From Adineta vaga (taxonomy: Eukaryota; Animalia; Rotifera): a DNA stretch of 64,000 nt. A program made the translations under genes and the position numbers. The stretch lies in assembly GCA_021613535.1 (NCBI GenBank), contig CP075492.1, forward strand, positions 10,168,001-10,232,000, written 5' to 3'. This document shows, piece by piece, positions 1 to 13,347 of the stretch. A model generated the notes under the pieces. It was not told the DNA's origin. It saw nothing but the letters and a program-made list of their open reading frames with translations, and made no database searches. Numbering within the stretch: the first letter of the stretch is position 1; the number at the start of each line of letters is the position of its first letter.

Positions 1-1540
1 ACAAAAAACTCTTCCTTCTAATCATCCTTCATTGGCTACTTCTTACAGTAACATCGGATTGGTGTATAGCAACATGGGAGAGTATTCGAAAGCACTCTCA
101 TACTACGACAAAGCACTAGAGATTCAACAAAAATCTCTTCCTTCTAATCATCCTTCATTGGCTACTTCTTACAGTAACATCGGATTGGTGTATAGCAACA
201 TGGGAGAGTATTCGAAAGCACTCTCATACTACGACAAAGCACTAGAGATTCAACAAAAATCTCTTCCTTCTAATCATCCTTCATTGGCTACTTCTTACAG
301 TAACATCGGAACAGTGTATGACAACATGGGAGAGTCTTCAAAAGCACTTTCATATTACGACAAAGCACTAGAGATTGAACAAAAATCTCTTCCTTCTAAT
401 CATCCATATTTGGCTACTTCTTACAGTAACATCGGAACAGTGTATGACAACATGGGAGAGTCTTCAAAAGCACTCTCATACTACGACAAAGCACTAGAGA
501 TTCGACAAAAATCTCTTCCTTCTAATCATCCTGATTTGGCTACTTCTTACAATAACATCGGATCAGTGTATGACAACATGGGAGAGTCTTCAAAAGCACT
601 CTCATACTACGACAAAGCACTAGAGATTCGACAAAAATCTCTTCCTTCTAATCATCCTTCATTGGCTACTTCTTACAGTAACATCGGATCAGTGTATGAC
701 AACATGGGAGAGTATTCGAAAGCACTCTCATACTACGACAAAGCACTAGAGATTCAACAAAAATCTCTTCCTTCTAATCATCCTTCATTGGCTACTTCTT
801 ACAGTAACATCGGAACAGTGTATGACAACATGGGAGAGTCTTCAAAAGCACTTTCATATTACGACAAAGCACTAGAGATTCGACAAAAATCTCTTCCTTC
901 TAATCATCCTTCATTGGCTACTTCTTACAATAACATCGGATTGGTGTATGACAACATGGGAGAGTCTTCAAAAGCACTCTCATACTACGACAAAGCACTA
1001 GAGATTGAACAAAAATCTCTTCCTTCTAATCATCCATATTTGGCTACTTCTTACAGTAACATCGGATCAGTGTATGACAACATGGGAGAGTCTTCAAAAG
1101 CACTCTCATACTACGACAAAGCACTAGAGATTCGACAAAAATCTCTTCCTTCTAATCATCCTTCATTGGCTACTTCTTACAGTAACATCGGAACAGTGTA
1201 TGACAACATGGGAGAGTCTTCAAAAGCACTTTCATATTACGAAAAAGCACTAGAGATTGAACAAAAATCTCTTCCTTCTAATCATCCATATTTGGCTACT
1301 TCTTACAGTAACATCGGATCAGTGTATGACAACATGGGAGAGTATTCGAAAGCACTCTCATACTACGACAAAGCACTAGAGATTCAACAAAAATCTCTTC
1401 CTTCTAATCATCCTGATTTGGCTACTTCATACAGTAACATCGGATCGGTGTATGACAACATGGGAGAGTATTCGAAAGCACTCTCATACTACGACAAAGC
1501 ACTAGAGATTCTACGAAGATCTCTTCCTTCTAATCATCCT
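1..1540 (+). repeat. 126-bp coding tandem repeat (TPR units)
   Basis: The 126-nt period is directly visible, e.g. 'ttggctacttcttacagtaacatcgga' recurring, with few variable sites. Confidence 0.95.
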
Positions 1541-1591
1541 CATGTCAAAAGCGTAATAAGAAGTATTGAAATTGTAAAACAGAAGCTGTAA
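1..1591 (+). CDS. TPR-repeat protein, C-terminal part (about 12 near-identical 42-aa kinesin-light-chain-like TPR units); 5' end lies outside the window
   Basis: ORF of tandem LATSYSNIGxVYxNMGExSKALSYYDKALEIxQKSLPSNHP units, open from the window start and ending at TAA 1589-1591. Confidence 0.93.
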   Translation, partial: QKTLPSNHPSLATSYSNIGLVYSNMGEYSKALSYYDKALEIQQKSLPSNHPSLATSYSNIGLVYSNMGEYSKALSYYDKALEIQQKSLPSNHPSLATSYSNIGTVYDNMGESSKALSYYDKALEIEQKSLPSNHPYLATSYSNIGTVYDNMGESSKALSYYDKALEIRQKSLPSNHPDLATSYNNIGSVYDNMGESSKALSYYDKALEIRQKSLPSNHPSLATSYSNIGSVYDNMGEYSKALSYYDKALEIQQKSLPSNHPSLATSYSNIGTVYDNMGESSKALSYYDKALEIRQKSLPSNHPSLATSYNNIGLVYDNMGESSKALSYYDKALEIEQKSLPSNHPYLATSYSNIGSVYDNMGESSKALSYYDKALEIRQKSLPSNHPSLATSYSNIGTVYDNMGESSKALSYYEKALEIEQKSLPSNHPYLATSYSNIGSVYDNMGEYSKALSYYDKALEIQQKSLPSNHPDLATSYSNIGSVYDNMGEYSKALSYYDKALEILRRSLPSNHPHVKSVIRSIEIVKQKL

Positions 1592-2398
1592 ATTTCACAA
1601 GTAGAATAAAGCATCTTTTATCACTTATTTTAAAACTTAGATATCAGAGCACATAACTGCAAAGATCAAGTGATAATCAGAAATTCAGGACAAATGATTG
1701 TTTGGGAACAGAAAACACAGATATGTTGTTTATATGCAGAGATATGATAGTATTTCTCTAATTTACACTAGTTTTTACTATATAACATACGAACTGGTTG
1801 ACTTGAAATGAACTTCAAATAAAAAATAGGATGATTCTCAAACTGAAAGATGTATTTTTATTATATACTAGAACCGATAGAATATTACAGGAGAAATCAA
1901 AGAATCTCTATTTCGAGTAAAAAGGATAAAATGCCTATAATCGGAACATCGTGAAATGTATTTCGTCATATCTATCGTATACGACTTTGTCTCAAGATAA
2001 CTTCGTAAACTAAAGTCTTTTGCAGACAATATATCATTTCAGACGATTTCGCATGCAAGTTATCCATTGCATACTAACAAAAATAAAATTGAAATTTAAA
2101 GAACCATTGTATGATAATAACCAGAGTGTTCTTTTTTACGTATTTTCAGTATCCACTTGCAAATTGTAAACATTAGTATTCTCACGAACTTCGTTTTATA
2201 TAATGCTCTTAACCAGCATTATTCAACAATGAATAGAATGTTCTTCGATGGAAGCGAAGTGAAGAAAGCGACAATCACATTCAATGAAATATGATTGGTT
2301 AATTTCATATGCCAGTTCTAGTCACGACTGTATTTATTTTATTTTTCTATTTTTATGATATCAACATTATTCATTGACTCATTCATTAATCGACGGAA

Positions 2399-3760
2399 AT
2401 GGACGCGCAAGGTAGAAAAGTAATTGTGTGCGATAATGGCACAGGTGTAAGTAAAAGTTTATTTAAAAGAAAAGATGTTTTTATTCTTTTTTTCTTAGTA
2501 TATCAAATGTGGTTATTGTACATCAAATTTTCCTGATTTTGTATTTCCATGTATGGTTGGTCGACCATTGATTCGATCTCGTGCTAAAGTGAATAATATT
2601 GAAGTTCAAGATATCATGGTTTGTGATGAAGGTAATACTATTATTGAAAAATTTGTTTTCTTTTTCTATGCATTCTTTTTTTTTAATTTAAAGCACAAAA
2701 AGTTCGACAAATGCTTGAAATTAATTATCCTGTTGAGAATGGTATTGTGAATAATTGGGAAGATATGAAGCATATTTATACATATCTATTTGGTCCAAAA
2801 AAGATGAATATTGAGCCAGATCAAGCAAAAATTCTTTTAACAGAAGCACCATTAAATCCAATAAAAAATCGTGCTAAAATGTTAGAAGTTATGTTAGAAG
2901 AATTTCACTTTCATGAATGTTCATTAGCTTATCAAGCAATTTTAACTTTGTATGCTCAAGGAATTTTAACAGGTGTTGTTGTTGATATCGGTGATGGTGT
3001 TACACACGTGTGTCCGGTTATTGATGGATTTTGTTTACAAAATTCAATTGCACGACTTAATATTGCCGGTAGAGATATTACAAGATATTTAATTCGTTTG
3101 CTACTTCTTCGCGGGGTATTATTTTCCAGCCTAAAGAGTAACCTTTCTATATTTCTTATTCTTTTTCGTTAGTATGTATTCAATCAAACAGCTGATTTTG
3201 ATACTGTTCAACAAATCAAAGAAAAACTTTGTTATGTTGCTCATGATCTTGATCAAGAACGACGTTTAGCATTAGATACAACTGTTCTTGTGGAAAGTTA
3301 TACATTACCCGATGGTAGAACAATAAAATTATCTGGTGAACGATTTGAAGCACCTGAAGTACTCTTTCGGCCATCATTATTAGGCATGGAAGTGAGCGGT
3401 GTAGCTGAACAAGTTTTTAAAGTTATTAATAGTGCACCAATGGATGATCGAAGAAAACTTTATAAACAAATTGTACTCAGTGGCGGAACAACAATGTATC
3501 CAGGTTTTGGTACACGACTTGAACGAGAATTAGAAAAACTTTATGAAGAACGTATTCTCAAAGGACAAACAGATAAATCAGCAAAGAATGTTATTTGTAT
3601 TGAAGCTCCACCTCGTCGTAAAAATATGGTCTTCTTAGGTGGTGCTGTTTATGCTAATTTAGTTAAAGATACACCATCACAATGGATATCTCGACGTGAA
3701 TATCAAGAACAAGGTGCTGAACGATGTGTACAACGATTAAATCAAATATGCCCACGATAG
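2399..3760 (+). CDS. ACTR2: Actin-related protein 2 (multi-exon)
   Basis: Exon 1 [16 protein letters not shown]; then [66 protein letters not shown]; GT-AG introns join the ORFs. Confidence 0.95.
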
Positions 3761-4032
3761 AGAAAAAGAACGAGAAACGACAAAAAAGAAAACATTATTC
3801 ATTTCATTGCGATAATTTCCATTTATTCCCGTCCGCTTTCTTCTTGCGATGCTCATTTTTTGCTAGTACAATTTGTTTGTTTTTTTCTTTGTTCTCGTCT
3901 CTTGTTTATCTCATCTACCTTCTTATTGGGTTTATTTTTCTAGCACGAAATATTGCGTCTCTGTACAACTCTCATTCTTTTTATTATTACTATTATTTAA
4001 CATGAAATGTACGACTACACTTGTAGATTATT

Positions 4033-6099
4033 ATGATTGAACGAATACGTTGTACATCAGTGGTATTAACTCTATTGAGTATTGGATTTCTTCTCAGTGG
4101 AATTTTGCTGATTGCTTTTACGGATTCAATTATTCAGAAAGCTGTAAAGAAGGTAGACGAAAAAAGAAATCTTTTTCTTTGGAATCAGCTTTCAATTTTC
4201 TCTTCCGAAGGAATGTCAATTGAAACAAGGAACAGTTGTATATAAATTATGGCGAGATTCTCCAGTACCTATGTATATCTCAATATATGTTTTTGATCTG
4301 ATTAATGAAGCTGATTTTCTTAATGGAGGAAAACCACAAGTTGTTGAACGTGGACCATTTGTTTACAAGTAAATTTATCGAAAGATTTCTATTTTTTCTC
4401 AGTTATGTATTGATACTCTCTTTTTTTCTAGAGAACAACGAACAAAAACTGACATAAGATATTATCCCAATGGAACAATTTCTTATCGTGAATTACGTAA
4501 TTATACATTTGATCGAACAAAATCGAGTGACGATGAAACATTGAATATCACAACAGTGAATGTTGTTTATATGGTATGTAAAAGTCAAAGGAGAATATGC
4601 ATTGATAAATGTGTGTATGTTATTTTAGACATTGGTTAATTATCTTCTAACACAAAATATTCCCAGTCCGGTGCGCAGTTTAATTGGTTTACTTTTATCA
4701 ACTGTAGAAAAACCAGTCATGAAAAGACCAGTTAAAGAATATCTTTGGGGTTATCGAGATCCTATACTGGGTATGTTAAAAGATAAATTACCATCATTAG
4801 TTTCCAATGATCAAATATCTGTATTTGCTTCAGCGGTAAATAGTTTTTTTGACAAAAACAACAAAAGATCTAGTTTTCTTTATTCAAGGTGGATGAAGCT
4901 CAATACGAAACATTTCTGATCAATAATGGTGTTGGTTTTGATACAAATCATGTTGAACGTATTCGTGATCTTGGTAAAATTGAACGATTTAACTTCTCGA
5001 CTGATTTATCTATATGGTCAAATAAATATGCGAATATGATCAATGGTACGGATAGTACTATTTGGCATCCCGATGTTTCAAAAGATGAATTAGTTTATTC
5101 GTTTATGAACGATATTTGCCGTTCAGTTCATTTGAAATTCAATCAAACATATAAAAATTCATTTAGTATCAATACTTATCGATTTACATTGCCCGATGAC
5201 ATTTTTGCCAATTCAAGTGATAATGAAGGATTTTGTATGAACTCTTCGGCAAGTAATAAAACACAACAATTAAAATGTTTACCGAGTGGATTGCTTTCTC
5301 TTACTCCATGCATTCATTGTAAGTATTTCATCGATTATTGAACAACTTTGTATAAACGAGCATACATTTTAGTAAGTGGTAGTGCACTGTCAATTCCATT
5401 GCCAATTATTGGATCCAATCCACATTTTCTTGCAACAGATCAATCAGTTCAAAATTCGATTGTTGGTTTGAAACCCGATGATATAAAACATCGTAGTTTC
5501 ATGGATATTGAACCAGTCACTGGCAGTAAGTAATCGTAAAAATAAATTAAAGAAAATACAAATGATGCTTTTTATTTTGTTAGTTGTAATGAATGGTTCT
5601 CGTCGAATGCAATTCAATATAAATGTTGTTAATGATTCAAAAATAGGGTATATAGTTCACAGTGCATAAATTGAAAATGACATTTCTTTTGATTTGTACT
5701 TATTACAGAGCAATTGCTCGTATTCAATCGGTTGTCTATCCAATGATTTGGGTTAATGAAGTAAGTGTAGATGAGATAATGTACGTAGATTCTAAATCAA
5801 TGATTCGAATTTTTAGCATGCAGAAATCGATCAACCTAATGCAGATATGTTTCATAAAAAAGTAGTTGTACCATTAACAGTACTTACTGCTCTCAAATAT
5901 ATTATGCTTACAATGGGTATTACTCTTCTTCTGACTGTCATTGGTTTAGTTGTCTACAATCAATATAAAGTATATTTTTGACTTTATCTCAGTCAAATTA
6001 TCTTATTTATTTTTATTTTTATAGAAAAATTCTGCAGTTGTAGTTGTGGTCAATGAACCAGAACCCACTGCTGATGAAAGAACGCCATTACTCGAGTAA
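4033..6099 (+). CDS. CD36-family scavenger receptor, LIMP-2/SCARB2-like (multi-exon)
   Basis: N- and C-terminal TM helices; ERGPFVY, KEYLWGYRDP, INGTDS, SNPHFL and MDIEPVTG motifs; C-terminal DERTPLLE matches the [DE]xxxL[LI] lysosomal sorting signal of LIMP-2. Confidence 0.9.
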
Positions 6100-6369
6100 A
6101 AGTGAACTTTATCAAATAACATTCTACTTCTATTAACGCATTTCTTCTCTTGAGAACAGATCTGTACTAATATCTTATATTTTTTCTCTCTCTCTCATAT
6201 TATTCTTGTAAATAAAAATTTACTAATCTTATCACAACGTAAAAACTGTTTTTATTAAGAGTTTTCAATAAATAAACCTGCTTAAAGCAAATGATATTTG
6301 GTATTTGTTTTCACTGTATGTTACTTAAAAGAAACGATGAATATGTATATATACAAACACGAGTTTCTT

Positions 6370-8872
6370 TCACAAAATAAAGTCTTCAATCTCTTCGACA
6401 ACTGTTCTATTAGGAACGGGTTTTGGTGCATTCATGACTACTTTTGGTCGTTGAAGTTTATCATTCGTTGTAGGCATTTGTTTCGAATTTGGCTTTGCCG
6501 TCGTCGTCATCGATGTTGTTGTTGTTGTACTATCATCAATAGTTGGAAGTGCAAAGCGTGATTCGAATGTATTTAGTTTCGATGATGTTTTAGTAAAACT
6601 ATTATCACGACCATATAGACGATTAGTTGGTTTAGTACTTATACTATTAGACGAAGATTCAAATGGATCTGTTGCTGTTTTATTTGATAATGGTTGAGCA
6701 GTTACAGGTTTACCATCATGTAAATTAATGACTGCTTGTTCGAAATCATAAATACTCGTAACAACACGTGGTGGAGGTTTCTTCTGCGTAGTATGTGTCG
6801 CTATAGTAGAAGGTTCAAATGTAAACATTGATGTTCGCGGTTTCTGATCTTTGGGTTCTTCCGTCGTTAATTTCGAAAGAAGATCATCTTTTTTTGATTC
6901 TTCTTTTTTGTCATTGTTGAAAATATTCATCCATTTATCATCGAAATCACGTGCCATTGATGGTTTTGGTGGTGGTGGTGTTGGTGGTGACGGTGACGGT
7001 GATGATGATGATGATGGTGAGGGTGTACGTGGCTTTGGTGGTGGAACGGTAATTCGTGGTGGCGGTGGTGGTAAAGGTGACGGTGATCGAGGTTTAGTAT
7101 AAGCGGGTTCAATAATAATATCTTCTTCATATTCACTCGTGTCTTCATCGTAACTCTGTGGTGTAGATAAACGACGAACAGGTGATTTTTTTCGAACTAT
7201 TGAAATAACAAGTGAAGATTCCGATTAGTAATGAATAGACAATCATTCTGTATTGAATACTTACCAAGTTCGATGTCGGCAATTTTTCTTCATGTTTGAT
7301 GAGCGGTGGTGAAGGTGATCTATTCTTAACTGCTGGTTTAGGTTTTGATTTTGGTTTCAGATCTATCGAAGGTATATATTTCTTTCTAGGCGGTTTTGGT
7401 GGTGGTGTTAAAGGTAGGGGTGGTGGTTTTGGTTTGTCTTTTTCAAATTCACGACGTTTTTTATCATAGTCTAACATTTTTTCTCGAAACTGTGGTGACG
7501 TATCTTGCATACCTTGGAATGAACGAGATTTCCTAAGATTTTCAAATGATGAATCTGATGGACGACGGCCACCACGCTGAAGATGAATATGCATCGTATC
7601 CACTTGTCGTGTTTTCTGTTCTAGTTTAAGAAATAATTCGTTATTTTTCTTTGCCTGATCGTCTAATTCATGTTTAAGTTCTCGTCGTTTTGTTAAATGT
7701 TGAGACATTTCTTGACGATAATTTTGTTCAATATTATCAATTTGTTTTTCCTAAAAGCAAACAAATCATTTCACTTCTGAATTTACAGAAAAAAATTAAT
7801 TTACTTGTTTAACAATTTTCTCTTGAACTTTTTTTATTTGTTTATCCATTTCTTTCAATCTATCACGTAATTCTTCATATTCTTCATATTCATCTTCATG
7901 TGTTATTAATTTCTCATAAAACTTCATACGTCTAGATTGATCACGATATTCTTCATCTCGTTCATCGACTTCCTTTTGAAGTTCTGCTTTTCCTACTTTT
8001 TCATCTCTGATCTGTGTTTTCACTTGATCAATTTCATATTTAAATTCGTGTGCAACTTTCTGAGCACTATATTCTTGATCTTCAAAATTTCTTAGAGATT
8101 TCTCCTCACGTCTTTGAATTAATCGTAATGTTCTATTTTCCATACGCTCTTTTTCTAATTGATTTTGTGTAAGAGATATTTGAGAACGAAGTTCATTCAA
8201 TTTTTCATTTTGAGCAGAAGATAAACGTTGTTGAGCTTCGCTTTTCTTTGGTCTTGAAGGGGCTGGTTTAGTAACATCTTTTCGACGATTTTTTGGACGA
8301 AGATAAGGTAGATATTGTTCTTTACGTGGTGAACGATCATTACTAACAGTATGGGATGCTTTAACTTCAACATCACTAGCATGACGAGGTGTATCGTAGA
8401 AACGTTGTTTTGATGCTGGTAAAGAATTATGTTTCTTCTTACTATCTCTATTTGTTCCGTCATCAAAATCTAAAATATACAGAATACTGAATATACATTT
8501 TTAGAACACTTTAAAATAAACCTGATTCGTATCCTTTAGAACGAGGTGTTTCAACATCATTAGGTTGTGATGTTGATGCATTCTTATCGTTTGTTGTCAT
8601 GGGTGTTATTTTACTATTTGCGTTTGCTGAAATAGTAAATAATCAAAATTTACGTGTAGAAATTTACATTCGAATTCAAATCAAATCTTACGTTTTGTTT
8701 CCGAAGGGATTTGACGCGATTGAGAAATTGGTTGAGATCTAACCAAAGCTGCTATACCTGTTGATGGAGGTAGATTATTTTGTTTTGATTTCTTATTATC
8801 ACCATCATTATTAGTATTTGATCCTGAGAAAAACTCATCAATACTATCGGGTGATCCATTACGTTTAGGCAT
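6370..8872 (-). CDS. LCA5: Lebercilin-like ciliary coiled-coil protein (multi-exon)
   Basis: Coiled coil ENRTLRLIQRREEKSLRNFED resembles the lebercilin domain; followed by a Pro/Ser-rich tail; exons join in frame. Confidence 0.75.
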
Positions 8873-9697
8873 TGTTGATTACGAAAACGACTTATCTATT
8901 GAGAAAAGAAAAACGACAATAAAAGAAGAAAGTTAAAGAATTTTTATGTCATATACTAACGCAAAACGAATCATTGCTGCTATGCAAAGAAATCATCGCA
9001 TAGAAAAAGTAAGCAGAACACATCAAAGAAACCAAGGTAACTTTGTCGTCTTTGCATGTTTATGTTCATTTTACCTATACGAACAAAAAAATATATATGC
9101 CATCAATCAAATAGTCATTGAAAGAAAAGAATCTTTCAACACCATTTCTATTATTACTATCGTTTTCATTCCTTTCAGTTGTTTTTAAATTGAGAATTTA
9201 AAGGAAAAGAAAAGAAAGGTAATTGATTGTTTCCATCCTTTTCTAATTTTCCTTGCTGTTCGATTAGTTATTTGAAATTGAAATCATTATATGATTCATT
9301 AGTATTCATTGAAAAGAAAAACTTGTTCACTCTCTTCACACATGAGTATAACAATGTGAAAATAGTAGAAGTGCATAGAAGATGTAATCAACATCTTGAA
9401 ATCCTTTTGATAAGAACAGAAGCAAAACAATAGACATTTAACTATTATATAATATCATTTATGAAAAGTAAACAAACGAATATTCATGCAATCATTGAAT
9501 ATCTCGGTTGACAGAATGTGAAAATTTGTTGATAATTAATCACTGATGAATAGCTTTTATTTATTGTCTTCAATTTTGTTTTTTTCAATCTGTCAATCCT
9601 ATCAAAAAAGAAAGAGCAACGGTATTATCACGCGTTGAAGAAAGTCAACAAACAAGAGAAAAATATCTGATTGAGATAAGAAGAAGAAAAATATTAT

Positions 9698-10566
9698 TCA
9701 AAACGATGAAACAACCGTTCCAAGAAGGCCATCAATGATATCAAGTGAATCTGTTAGAGTATAAAATAATTGTGAACGATTGTCATTTAAATATTCGAGA
9801 TAGGCTGGATAATCATTACATTCATTTAAATGTTCAATATATTGAATGTGATGATCGAATGATGAAGATGTTTTCATTTGTGAATAATTAATTGAAGATG
9901 TTGAAAATGAAGAAGATTTATTTCCTGAGGTTTTCTTAAAATTATCTAAGAGACTACGTGCCCATGAACGTGAATCTTTTTCAAAAGCTACTGGTCGATT
10001 GTAAAGAGATTGACGCGTTAAATAATCACTTGGAGATAATTGTTTGGAATCTAATCGAAAAATACTTAACAAATGAATTCAATTGAATTCAATCGGATCT
10101 TACCGTATTTTAAACGATTTTGTTCAATTTGCCATTGAATATCTTGATCATGTTTCAATGTTTGAGCACGTAGATAATCGACAACACATAAACTTGGTGA
10201 ACTTGTTGATATTGGTTGAAGTTTTTCAAACCAATTACATATTTCTTGTCGATCATCAAAGGATGATGCACCAAGCAATTCTGTTATATCGAACATTTTC
10301 TTTGGATTTGTTTGAGTTATAAGTTCTGTTGATGATAAATCATTGATAAGAGATGTGTCTGTTGGTGCTACGAACGAATGATAATCACTTGTCGATAATT
10401 CAGACTTAGGTTGAATAGGACATTCATCTTCTTCATCAAGAGTATTCAAAGGATCTAAAGAAAAAAAAATCTTATTTAAGATAAATAAATAGGATGAAGA
10501 AAGATAAATACCCATAGTAAATATCATAAGATCATCATCTAAATCATGATGATGATTTGAAGTCAT
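9698..10566 (-). CDS. Uncharacterised protein (about 3 exons)
   Basis: Two long ORFs separated by short GT-AG introns; no family recognised. Confidence 0.6.
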
Positions 10567-11370
10567 GAATTCGTTCGTATTCACGAGTGCTTATACAATC
10601 TGAAAGAGAAAAGAACAATACATAGTTATTTTCCGAGTTATCGGAAAGTCTTATCTATCTAACCTTCGTCGTAGGTTTTTCTTTAGGAGTGGCTAATCAA
10701 AAGGAATGTGAACATGTCAACGAAAACGTAGTTGTTGATTTATGCTTCGGTCATTCAATGTTGCCGGCAGTCATGATTCGCCTAAACGATCTGCATCTCT
10801 GATAGACTATGGCAATGATGAGGTCAAATTATACGTTCGAATGAAAAAAGAACGAGTCAAGGTCATTTTTATGAAACTATTCAGTCAAAACTTAGCATTT
10901 GATTTTTATAAATCAGTCTATTACCATTGAATAACGAATGAAAATCGGATCTCGATTTGTCTTAAGAAATATTTACATTAACTATCGTAGCTAGCATGAT
11001 TAGTCTAGTATTTTGTCACTCGAAATTGTGCATAGATTTTAATTCAATCAGATTTCATTTTCTCTTCGAAACATAGAGATTATACAAGCATTTTTATATA
11101 ATAAAATATAAATCGCATAGCAAAGGACAAAGACAAATATGTATGTACTGCTACCATGAAATTCTTTCTTTTATCTCTATTTTTCATATATATAGATGTC
11201 GTTGTCACTTTTACTACATAAATGAGTAGAGGCACGAGGAAGCATGAAAAGGTTCTTACGTGGCTTATTTTTCTACTGATTACGTTCCACCTCCACACAC
11301 GTGTATTTATTTCGATCGATTTTCTATTTTCAAAACACTCATCTTCGAAAGTAAGAGACGCAATAGATAA

Positions 11371-11625
<255 letters not shown>

Positions 11626-12213
11626 ATATGAACATCTTCTTTTCTTATCATCTTTCTTCCTTCCTTGTTTTCTTTTAAATGCTCTTTTGTTTTGTTTTTG
11701 TTTTTTTGCCGAAGAATGATTGTATATGACAACTGTTCATTAAATGATAAGAGCAGTCGACTATCATCTTCGTTTCTCTTATCGTTACTGTTTTTTCTTC
11801 TTGTTTGTACTTCATTTTATCAACAGAGATTTGCAGACATATAGACATCGATATATATATCTATATACATTTATACATTCGTTTTCTCGAAACATACGAA
11901 TTTCATTCCAACTATCTAATGAAATTTGAAATGAAAGAGATTTTTCAAAGTTTATTTTTTTTTGTTTTTTGGGTTGTTGGGTACTCATTTGTGTGCTGTT
12001 AACATAGAATACAACTAGTTATGAGCAAGAAATAAAACAAATGAAGCGACATATATCGATTCATTGAAGTCTTATTCTGACCATATGATCTTTGTCTTTC
12101 TTTTTCGTTGATAGTGAGTAAGATGATAACAACTGAGTAAGAAGAAAAAAAAAGAATAGATAAAACGAACAAGCAAACAAAATTCCTTTTCCTCTTTGCA
12201 GATTTGTAATCGA

Positions 12214-13149
12214 ATGGCTGATGTGAATAGTTTGAGACAGCGATTATCATCACTCGTCGAACAGATTACACAAGATATTCAAATAATTGAAACAAGTAAG
12301 AACTTATTCGCTGGTGAAAAATGAAAAAAAAAAGATTTGAATTCTTGTCTTTAGCAAGAAATTTAACTACAAAACATCGTTTGGAATTATCAATCAATGA
12401 AGCAACTAAACTAGTAAGTTGATTTTTATCAATAGATGTATTTTTTGAATTGAATTTCTATATTTAAGGCACGTGATCTTGAACGTTTGGATCAAAGTTA
12501 TGGACGTGAATATAAACAACGGATTGATAATCTTCGTCAACGTTTAGTATGTTTAAATACTTTTTTCTATTGAATGTCGATAAAGATAAACTTCATTATA
12601 GGAAAATGTTAGTCGAGTTCCTGTACATGGTGCATGGAATTCTGGATTTGATCCAGAAGTTGATGTGAGTTTGATCTTTTCTTATCGAATACCTTGGAAT
12701 TGAATTCATTTTAGAGACTTGGACAACAACAACGTGATACTCTCTTACGTGGTCATGCTTCGTTAGTACGTACTGGTGAAGCGTTAAACATATCTCGTCA
12801 AACAGCACATGAAACTGAACAGTTAGGCAATGAGATTATGACAGATTTAACAACACAACGTGAAACACTTTTACGTACACAAGATAGAGTAAAAATAACT
12901 AATGAAGATTGACTTTATATTTATTGTCTATTTCTTATAGTTGAATGAAGGTAATGAACATTTAAAAGCTGGTGGTAAAACACTTCGATTAATGTATAGC
13001 AGGTAAGAACTGATGATTATGGTAACTCTATTTCTGAATTATTTTCGTCTTATAGAGTTATTATGAACAAAGTACTTCTAATTACAATCATTCTCGTCGA
13101 ACTTGGTATATTAGGCGGTGTTGTCTATTGGAAATTCTTTTCCAAATGA
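12214..13149 (+). CDS. VTI1B: Qb-SNARE, VTI1(B)-like (multi-exon, not captured by the ORF track)
   Basis: Spliced translation MADVNSLRQRL...SRQTAHETEQLGNEIMTDLTTQRETLLRTQDR...LRLMYSRVIMNKVLLITIILVELGILGGVVYWKFFSK*: SNARE motif plus C-terminal TM. Confidence 0.85.
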
Positions 13150-13347
13150 ACAAAACAGTGTTGATTGTAAAACGCTTGATCAATTTTATTATTTTCTTTC
13201 GTTTGTTATCAGTTGATTGTGTTTCTCTCTCTCTTTCTTTTTTTATTCATTTATCATGTAATTTTCTCTTTTCATTCGATGAATATAATGTGTTATTTAT
13301 TAAATGTTCTAGATTTAATCTCTTGTGGTAGAATTTTCTATTTTCAA

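Noticed and set aside
1-1540. Regular repeats as a possible CRISPR array
   Set aside because: Contiguous in-frame 126-nt coding units with no unique spacers; eukaryotic context.
6851-7148. His-rich (6927-7148, -) and Gly/Asp-rich (6851-7102, +) ORFs
   Set aside because: Alternative-frame shadows of the Pro/Ser-rich exon of the lebercilin-like gene.
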